NCBI GenBank assembly: GCA_009786125.1
Contig: WQTU01000139.1
Location: 8,483 to 72,482, forward strand
DNA: 64,000 nt
Source of the DNA: Spirochaetota bacterium
GTDB lineage: Bacteria > Spirochaetota > Spirochaetia > CADAEX01
Direction of reading: 5' to 3'
The translations under genes and the position numbers were made by a program. The number at the start of each line of letters is the position of its first letter. The stretch's first letter is position 1. Of this stretch, positions 57,499 to 64,000 are shown one piece after another. Below the pieces are notes generated by a model, which worked only from the letters and a program-made list of their open reading frames with translations, made no database searches and was not told where the DNA came from.

Positions 57499-58692
57499 TT
57501 ATTTACTCTCTCGTTCTGTCATAGCATTAATGTAAATATCTTTTATTATTTCAATTGTTTTGTCTTCATTAAAATTTTCAAGACAATGTTTTTTTGCATT
57601 TGTCCCAAGTTCTTTTCTTATATCATCGTTTGTTAATAAACAATACATTTTCTCTGCAAATTTTTCACAATCATTAAGTTCCACAAGATATCCATTATAA
57701 TTATCCACAATAACTTCATTTGTCCCAATTACATTTGTCCCAATACATGGAATCGAATAATACATAGATTCCATTAGACTGCGCGGCATCCCTTCGTTAA
57801 TCGAAGTCAATACAGAAATATCAGCAATTTCAAGGTACTCTGCTACTTCTTTCCGCTGTAATTTCCCTGTAAAAACAACATTTTCAGACAAGTTATATTG
57901 CGTTACTATTTTCTCCAAATACTGGTATTCGCCTTCCCCTATGATATAAATTATAAATTTATTGTATTGATACTGAGTTCTTAATAAATTGGCAACTTCT
58001 AACAGCATTTTATGATTCTTAACCGGCTCTATTCTAGCAACGCATATAATTATTTTTACATCATTGTCTCTGCTGCCGGAGATTCCGCTAAAATGATCAA
58101 AATTTATTCCATTTTTTATCATGTGGAATTTAGTTTTTTTGGGTTTAAACTTCATGGACAATTCATACTCATATTTGTTTTGGAACAAAAGTGCATCGGT
58201 TATAAATGCCAGCATTTTCTCTATCCAGTAAAATATTTTTCTTTTAAATCCTTTCAGTCTAAAAAAATAGTATCCATGAACCTGGTGTATTATATATATT
58301 TTCTTTTTTCTGAATAAATTTATATACCAACACACAATTCTTCCAAGCGCACCTGCTTTGGAAGTATGGGTATGAATAATATGGGGAGAGTTGTTTTTAA
58401 TAATTTTATATAATTCAACAAACTCGCAAATAATATTAAAAATCCCAAGTTCCCTGCTAATTTTCATTGTTAAAACCGGAACACCTGCTTCTGCAATTCG
58501 GTGCGCCTCTTCGCCTTCCGGGCAAATTATTGAATTATTAAATCTTATATCATTATGAACCATTTTTACACGACTAAAAAGAAGCCTTTCCGCGCCTTTT
58601 CCGGTATTTATGAAATCAATTACTTGAATTTTATTCATCTTATATTTTCTCCAAATTAAGGTTTTTAAATCTTCCGGTGCTTTTTGCTTCAA
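57499..58692 (-). CDS. Glycosyltransferase family 4 (GT-B, retaining)
   Basis: E-x7-E region EGMPRSLMESMYYSIPCIGTNVIG. 4-nt overlap with the downstream epimerase gene. Confidence 0.8.
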   Translation of the reverse strand: MKQKAPEDLKTLIWRKYKMNKIQVIDFINTGKGAERLLFSRVKMVHNDIRFNNSIICPEGEEAHRIAEAGVPVLTMKISRELGIFNIICEFVELYKIIKNNSPHIIHTHTSKAGALGRIVCWYINLFRKKKIYIIHQVHGYYFFRLKGFKRKIFYWIEKMLAFITDALLFQNKYEYELSMKFKPKKTKFHMIKNGINFDHFSGISGSRDNDVKIIICVARIEPVKNHKMLLEVANLLRTQYQYNKFIIYIIGEGEYQYLEKIVTQYNLSENVVFTGKLQRKEVAEYLEIADISVLTSINEGMPRSLMESMYYSIPCIGTNVIGTNEVIVDNYNGYLVELNDCEKFAEKMYCLLTNDDIRKELGTNAKKHCLENFNEDKTIEIIKDIYINAMTERESK

Positions 58693-59663
58693 TCATAATA
58701 ATCTATCCCTTTCATAAGCTCTCTGTTTTCATGATACCACTCAACGGATTTAGTTACACCTTCATCAATTTCTGTTATAGGCTGCCAGCCGAGAAGCTTG
58801 TGTGCTTTTGATATATCTGCCATTGTTTCTTTCATATCAGCTTTGTTAAACGGGAAATATTCAATTACAGCTTTTTTGTTTGTTTTTTCTTCGATTGATT
58901 TAATGAAATCATTAATTGTTACCGGACTTCTGCCGCCACCCAAGTTTATTATTTCATATCCCAACGGAGCAAGAGCTTTTATTGTTCCTTCCGCAATATC
59001 ATCAATATAAGTAAAGTCTCTTGATTGATTCCCGTCACCATAAAGCTTAAGCGGCTTCCCTTCAACAATCGAGTGTATGAAACGAAGCGGACTCATATCC
59101 GGCCTGCCGGCAGGACCATAAACCGTAAAGTATCTTACAACAGTAACATCAACCCCATAAAGATAGTGATATGTATAGGATAAAACTTCCGCAGCTTTTT
59201 TAGATGCTGCATACGGAGAAATAGGTTCATTTACCGGATATTTTTCAGAAAACGGAATTGGTTCCCCGGAGTATAATGAAGAAGTTGACGCAAGCACAAA
59301 TTTATTTATTTTATGTTCAACACAGAGTTTTAGAAGATTCAGGGTTCCTTGCACATTGGTTGAAAAATAAATATCAGGATTTTCTATACTTGCACGCACC
59401 CCTGCTCTTGCCGCAAGATTGATAACTGCATCGAATTTTTTTTCTTCAAATAGTTTTTTTAATTCAAGATAATTTTCTATATCTATTTGCCGGAACTCAA
59501 TATATTTTTTTGCAAGATGTTTGAGCCTGTGTTCTTTTAGCCTGACATCGTAATAATCATTTACATTATCAATGCCTGTTACTTTATAACCATAATCTGC
59601 CAGTTTTTCACAAGTTCTGCTGCCAATAAAACCTGCTGACCCTGTTACAAGTATATTTTTCAC
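58689..59663 (-). CDS. NAD-dependent nucleotide-sugar epimerase/dehydratase (SDR family)
   Basis: VTGSAGFIGS Rossmann motif. Catalytic YxxxK (YAASKKAAE). Confidence 0.8.
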   Translation of the reverse strand: MKNILVTGSAGFIGSRTCEKLADYGYKVTGIDNVNDYYDVRLKEHRLKHLAKKYIEFRQIDIENYLELKKLFEEKKFDAVINLAARAGVRASIENPDIYFSTNVQGTLNLLKLCVEHKINKFVLASTSSLYSGEPIPFSEKYPVNEPISPYAASKKAAEVLSYTYHYLYGVDVTVVRYFTVYGPAGRPDMSPLRFIHSIVEGKPLKLYGDGNQSRDFTYIDDIAEGTIKALAPLGYEIINLGGGRSPVTINDFIKSIEEKTNKKAVIEYFPFNKADMKETMADISKAHKLLGWQPITEIDEGVTKSVEWYHENRELMKGIDYYD

Positions 59664-60199
59664 TTTAACAGCCTTTTTATTATATTTTCTATCTCATAGA
59701 AATCTTTAACAGAATAATCAGCAGATGTCTCTTCATTATCTGTATTTATTAAAATTGTTTTCATGCCGGCATTTTTTCCAAACTCTACATCGCTTTCCCT
59801 GTCGCCTATTAAAATAGCTTTTTTTAAATCAATGGCAGGAAAATCATTTTTTGCCATATATGCCATTCCTGGATTAGGTTTCCTGCACTGGCAATTTTCA
59901 TCTTTAAGATGCGGGCAAAAATAAATTCTGTTAATTTTTTTTGCCAGAGTTCCAAGCGCGTCCAGCATTTTATTATGTACTACTTCAAGTTCCTCGATTG
60001 TCATAAGACCTTTGCCAATTCCCTGCTGGTTCGTAACTATAAAAATATGCTTAAACCCAGATGCAATTTTTGGAAAGACATCGAGAAAATCTTTTTTAAA
60101 TTTAAAGTCATTAAAGTCGTATATATATGCATCCGGCATTCTTTCGTTAATAACACCATCTCTGTCAAGAAAAAGAGTCCATGCAGCCTTTTCACACAT
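59660..60199 (-). CDS. gmhB: D-glycero-D-manno-heptose 1,7-bisphosphate phosphatase
   Basis: HAD motif FLDRDGVIN plus the Zn-binding CPHLKDENCQCRKP insert typical of GmhB/HisB-N. Confidence 0.8.
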   Translation of the reverse strand: MCEKAAWTLFLDRDGVINERMPDAYIYDFNDFKFKKDFLDVFPKIASGFKHIFIVTNQQGIGKGLMTIEELEVVHNKMLDALGTLAKKINRIYFCPHLKDENCQCRKPNPGMAYMAKNDFPAIDLKKAILIGDRESDVEFGKNAGMKTILINTDNEETSADYSVKDFYEIENIIKRLLK

Positions 60200-60203
60200 A
60201 ATA

Positions 60204-61148
60204 TTATTTATAATACCCCTGATCTTTGGTTAATATTTTCAAATATTGAGATGCACCTTTATGAATATCTGTCATCTCTTTATCATATTTTCCAATTTTT
60301 CTTAAATCTTCAAGATCTGCCTTTGTATATGCCTGATATTTGCCTTTTAATTTCTCCGGGAAAGGTATTTCCTCTATTCTTATCTCTTTATCAGCAAACT
60401 GCTCTTTTATGGCAATTGCAGCATCATAAAAGCTTTTGCACTGTCCTGTACCACAATTAAATATTCCCGAAATATTGTTATCAAGAAAATGGAGATTGAT
60501 TTTTACTATATCATCCACAAAAACAAAATCTCTTAAAAAATTCTTACTTCCTTCAAATACTTTTATAACACCTGTCTCTTTTGCCTGGTTGCAAAAGTGA
60601 AAAAAAACAGAAGCCATCTTTCCTTTGTGATTTTCTTGCGGCCCGTAAACATTAAAATACCTAAGTCCTACAATCTGGTTTTTACTTGATTTTGCGTTGT
60701 CCCTTACATATTGATCAAATAAGTATTTTGAATACGCATATATATTCAGGGGATACTCGTTACTTCTCTCTTCTTTAAAGCCTTTGTCTCCGTTTCCGTA
60801 CACCGAAGCAGATGAAGCATAAATGAATTTTATGTTTTTTCTGCTGCAGAAATTATAAAGCTGTTTGCTAAACTCATAATTATTTTTCATCATAAAAGCG
60901 CCGTCAGTTTCCATTGTATCTGAACATGCACCCTGATGGGAAATAGCTGAAATATTATCAATAGAATCCAGCTTATTTAAAAAATCTTCTGTGAGTAAAA
61001 TATCTTTGAATTTTAAACTATTAAGATTAAGGTGCTTTTCACTATGTCTTAAATTATCAACTATAATTATATCTTCAATACCTCTGTCATTTAGCCCTTT
61101 AACAATATTGCTGCCAATAAATCCGGCTCCTCCGGTTACTATTATCAT
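60204..61148 (-). CDS. hldD: ADP-L-glycero-D-manno-heptose 6-epimerase
   Basis: MIIVTGGAGFIGSNIVKGLNDRGIEDIIIVDNL is near-identical in pattern to the HldD/RfaD N-terminus. Confidence 0.9.
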   Translation of the reverse strand: MIIVTGGAGFIGSNIVKGLNDRGIEDIIIVDNLRHSEKHLNLNSLKFKDILLTEDFLNKLDSIDNISAISHQGACSDTMETDGAFMMKNNYEFSKQLYNFCSRKNIKFIYASSASVYGNGDKGFKEERSNEYPLNIYAYSKYLFDQYVRDNAKSSKNQIVGLRYFNVYGPQENHKGKMASVFFHFCNQAKETGVIKVFEGSKNFLRDFVFVDDIVKINLHFLDNNISGIFNCGTGQCKSFYDAAIAIKEQFADKEIRIEEIPFPEKLKGKYQAYTKADLEDLRKIGKYDKEMTDIHKGASQYLKILTKDQGYYK

Positions 61149-62593
61149 TTATTGTTTCTCCTGTATTTTTTTAATTATATTTGTACTTGAATATCCATCA
61201 AGAAATTTTACAAGCTTTACTTCTTTTACATATTCGTTGCCAACAACAGATTCAACAGAATAATCTCCGCCTTTAACAAGAACATCCGGGGTTATCTTTT
61301 TTATTATTTCAAGCGGAGTATCTGTATCAAAAACAACAACATAATCTATAAAAGAAAAGTTTGTAAGAACTGTAAGCCTGTCGGAAAGATTATTTATTGG
61401 TCTGGATTCGCCTTTAAGTCTTTTAATTGATGAATCACTGTTAAGACCAAGAATAAGAATATCGCCGAAAGATTTTGCTTCTTTTAAAACTTTTACATGA
61501 CCTGCATGGAAAAGATCAAAGCAGCCATTGGTAAAAACTATTTTTTTACCTCTACCCCTAAGGCCTGCAACCAAGGATTCCAACTCATTTAAACCAACAA
61601 CTTTTTTTCTTTCTTCGTCAAAAGATTGTTCTATCTCTTCTGCAGAAACAGATGCTGTCCCCAATTTTCCGACAACAATACCTGCTGCTTTATTGGTAAC
61701 CAGAAGAGATTCTTCGAGATTAAATTTCGCTCCTAGACATACAGACAATATTGCAACAACTGTATCACCTGCTCCTGATACATCAAAAACTTCTTTTGCT
61801 TTTGTTGGCATGTGAATAATTGATTTGCCGTCAAAACAGCTCATTCCTTTCTCAGACCTCGTTACTAGAAGTTTTTGGAGATTATATTTTTCTGCGATAT
61901 AACATATATATTTCTCGATGTCTTCGTCGTTATTTGATATTTCTTTGCCGACCATTGCTTTAAATTCTGAAAAATTTGGCGTAACAATATAACTGCCTGA
62001 ATACTTTTCCCAGTTTGTTCCTTTGGGATCAACTATTGTTGGGATATTTTTTTCTTTGCATACATTTATTATAAATTGGCAAAGTTCTTTTGAGCAAATT
62101 CCTTTTCCATAGTCTGATAGGATAACTGCTGTTCTGTTCTGTTCTGTTCTGTTCTGTTCATCGCAGTTTTTTCTACCTGCTGCATGAAGGCTTTCTTAAG
62201 AAACTCTTCTGCCTCTTTGTTATCTTCTACTGGGTCTTCAAAATCCATTCTTACAATTTGCTGACGCTCGCCTATAATTCTTGCTTTTGTTATTGTAGGT
62301 TTTTTTATAGAAATAAAATCACGTTCTATCTTTTTCTCGGCTAACAGTTTTTCAAGCTTTTTTCTGTTTTCATCATCGCCTGCATAACCTAACAGAAAAG
62401 CAGATGCTCCAACATCTGCAATATTTACAGCAACATTCGCAGCGCCGCCGGGAGTGTAAGTAATGTGATCAACTTTAACTACAGGCACCGGCGCTTCCGG
62501 AGAAAGCCTGTTTACTTTCCCATAGTAATAAATATCAAGCATTATATCGCCAATTACAATTATGCGAATATTATCAAAATTCAAGCTTCCCAT
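61149..62593 (-). pseudogene. hldE: Bifunctional heptose 7-phosphate kinase / heptose 1-phosphate adenylyltransferase HldE, frameshifted at an internal (AGAAC)n repeat (putative phase-variable, currently OFF)
   Basis: The kinase N-terminus (62593-62161, IGDIMLDIYYYGKVNRLSPEAPVPVV..) and the kinase C-terminus plus adenylyltransferase (DVSGAGDT; FTNGCFDLFHAGH) are split in the ORF track. A third frame just after the repeat reads VILSDYGKGICSKELCQFIINVCKEKNIPTIVDPKGTNWEKY..., continuous with HldE homology. Confidence 0.8.
62126..62160. repeat. Pentanucleotide repeat (GTTCT)5 perfect, 7 with flanking near-units, inside hldE
   Basis: ctgct gttct gttct gttct gttct gttct gttca read directly. It encodes NRTEQNRTEQ on the coding strand. 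Confidence 0.95.
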
Positions 62594-62652
62594 ATATAAT
62601 CCTTGCTTGTCTTCATAATTTTATGGGTATATATAAAAGACTAACCCTTTTA

Positions 62653-63807
62653 TTATCTATCAGAGTCTAATAATTCAGAAGCTGCTGTTATTATTTTTTC
62701 AGCAGGAATAGAAGTTAAGCATTTTCTTTCAAACGGGCAACTTCTGCTGCCATTTAAGTCCCAGCAATTAAAACAATCACAGTTTTCGTTTTTTACAACT
62801 CTTACAGTTTTAGACAAGCCTCCCAGGGGCACGCATCGCTTATCATCTGTAGGACCAAAAATTGATATAACAGGTATTCCTGTAGCTGCAGCTATGTGGG
62901 AAGGACCTGTATCTGCGCTTATAAGTAGTTTTGCATGGCTTAACACAGCTGCAAGAATTCTTATATTAGATATATCATCAAATATTTTAACTTTGCTCTT
63001 AATTTTAGAAAAATCATTTTTTTCAATAAAAAACTTTTCATCCGGACCACACAGAAGAACAAACTCGTATGCATTGGAAAATTTTTCCAGCACTTCTTCT
63101 ATAAATTTAAGGGGAATTGCTTTTACCGCTGCTGCTTTTGCAAATCCTCCATGTATAATAATCATTCTGGATTTATCAACACTGTGTTTTTCCAAATAAT
63201 TAATTGCTTGTTCATTTTCCTGTTTTGTTATACTAATTCTTGGAACCTCTATTTTACTATTTTCATCTGTCAAATATTTTAAAGCAGCTAAATTGAGCTC
63301 TATTTCACTTTTCCCTTCTTCGTATTCAATATTTATTGCATTTTCTATTGCTGCTACATTTTTATATTTTACAAAAATAATTTTTTTAGCAAGACCTATT
63401 TTTTTTAGAAAAGCAGACCAGCCATCACAGGAATAAGGAATAATTACATATTTATAAAAATCAATAAAAGCTATCTGATTATTATGTCTTTTAGTAATCA
63501 ATAATTCCAGCAAAAAAGTCAACAGTTTTTTTCTATCACCGTCATAAGTATATGCCTCATCGTACAGTTTTCTATCGTCAGTAACTAGCAATATATTGGA
63601 TTTATTGCCAGCAACAATAATTTTGTAATTTGGCTTTAATCTTCTTAATTCTGTTAACAAAGGAATTGTCATAATTGTATTGCCAAGACCAGATGTAAGA
63701 ATTAAAAGTATATTTTTTTTACGAGAAAAACGACCAAAAATCATTTTAAAAGCTAGTCTGCAAATTTTTAATAAAAACACTATTTGACAAATCTCCTCTT
63801 TGTGCAA
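62653..63807 (-). CDS. ADP-heptose:LPS heptosyltransferase (GT9 family)
   Basis: N-terminus ILLILTSGLGNTIMTIPLL. C-terminus LISADTGPSHIAAATGIPVISIFGPTD is the GT9 signature. The start is probably the internal Met at 63744. Confidence 0.8.
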   Translation of the reverse strand: MHKEEICQIVFLLKICRLAFKMIFGRFSRKKNILLILTSGLGNTIMTIPLLTELRRLKPNYKIIVAGNKSNILLVTDDRKLYDEAYTYDGDRKKLLTFLLELLITKRHNNQIAFIDFYKYVIIPYSCDGWSAFLKKIGLAKKIIFVKYKNVAAIENAINIEYEEGKSEIELNLAALKYLTDENSKIEVPRISITKQENEQAINYLEKHSVDKSRMIIIHGGFAKAAAVKAIPLKFIEEVLEKFSNAYEFVLLCGPDEKFFIEKNDFSKIKSKVKIFDDISNIRILAAVLSHAKLLISADTGPSHIAAATGIPVISIFGPTDDKRCVPLGGLSKTVRVVKNENCDCFNCWDLNGSRSCPFERKCLTSIPAEKIITAASELLDSDR

Positions 63808-63817
63808 ACTTGTAGAA

Positions 63818-63853
63818 TTTGTTTGTTTGTTTGTTTATTTATTTATTTTTTTT
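63818..63853. repeat. Compound tetranucleotide repeat (TTTG)4(TTTA)3T8 just upstream of the heptosyltransferase gene
   Basis: tttgtttgtttgtttgtttatttatttatttttttt read directly, 10-110 nt upstream of the candidate starts. Confidence 0.9.
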
Positions 63854-64000
63854 ATTTATAATTCTTTTTGGCATTTTCTTTTTTATTTCTCTAATAATTT
63901 TACCTGTAAACTCTTTGACGATTTCTCCGTTAACAACTTTAATAACACGCGTAGTTGATACATCTTTTGTTCTTGGAACAATAACAAGTTTTCCTTGCGC

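Noticed and set aside
61149-62593. Annotating 62069-62593 and 61149-61955 as two separate genes (heptose kinase fragment and adenylyltransferase)
   Set aside because: The intervening third frame encodes continuous HldE-homologous sequence immediately after the pentanucleotide tract. The split is a repeat-induced frameshift in a single hldE gene.

Overview
This is a 64-kb window of an AT-rich (about 35% GC) bacterial chromosome, almost fully coding. The organism is probably diderm, because a complete LPS inner-core heptose pathway is present, and an apparent class I LysRS C-terminal fragment opens the window. I find no rRNA, tRNA or CRISPR.

The window falls into six blocks:

(1) 0.5-12.1 kb is a minus-strand defense island. 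A type I R-M system (hsdM, an AlbA_2/HTH protein, RhuM, hsdS, hsdR) has a Gabija-like gajA-gajB pair translationally coupled to hsdS. A HigB/HigA-like toxin-antitoxin pair and a degenerate duplicate of the hsdR 5-prime end sit between gajB and the real hsdR.

(2) 12.2-14.6 kb holds housekeeping genes era, clpP and an AmiS/UreI channel.

(3) 15.1-26.9 kb is the standout: a tightly packed 14-gene minus-strand operon with a divergent XRE regulator. It combines a ubiquitin-like conjugation toolkit (ThiF/E1-like, UBC/E2-like, JAMM/JAB) with a 1426-aa coiled-coil protein carrying four FtsK/SpoIIIE-like domains (EssC/EccC-like, no TM). It also encodes three paralogous WXG100-like small helical proteins, a coiled-coil protein, a multi-zinc-ribbon membrane protein, several tiny ORFs (candidate modifiers) and an M48 metalloprotease. 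I do not recognise this combination as a described system.

(4) 27-50 kb carries an EEP nuclease, a Phd/ParE TA pair, yitJ-like bifunctional MTHFR, hisA, acyl-CoA ligase, a glycoside hydrolase, YgiQ radical SAM, a COG1373 AAA ATPase, folA-thyA, a STAS protein, membrane proteins and murA.

(5) 50.4-53.2 kb carries lysC and thrC.

(6) 53.5-63.8 kb carries gmhA, rtcB and an LPS heptose cluster (formyltransferase, deacetylase, GT4, epimerase, gmhB, hldD, hldE, heptosyltransferase). hldE is split by a (GTTCT)5-7 pentanucleotide repeat that puts the gene out of frame, a likely phase-variation switch.

A family of GC-rich interspersed repeats (core GTCGCGGGC..GCTTGCACATGACCGARCGAGGAGG plus associated modules) punctuates many intergenic regions. 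Several copies lie in sense orientation just upstream of genes and carry GAGGAGG/TATAAT-like elements. Three further short simple-sequence repeats sit in promoter-proximal positions.
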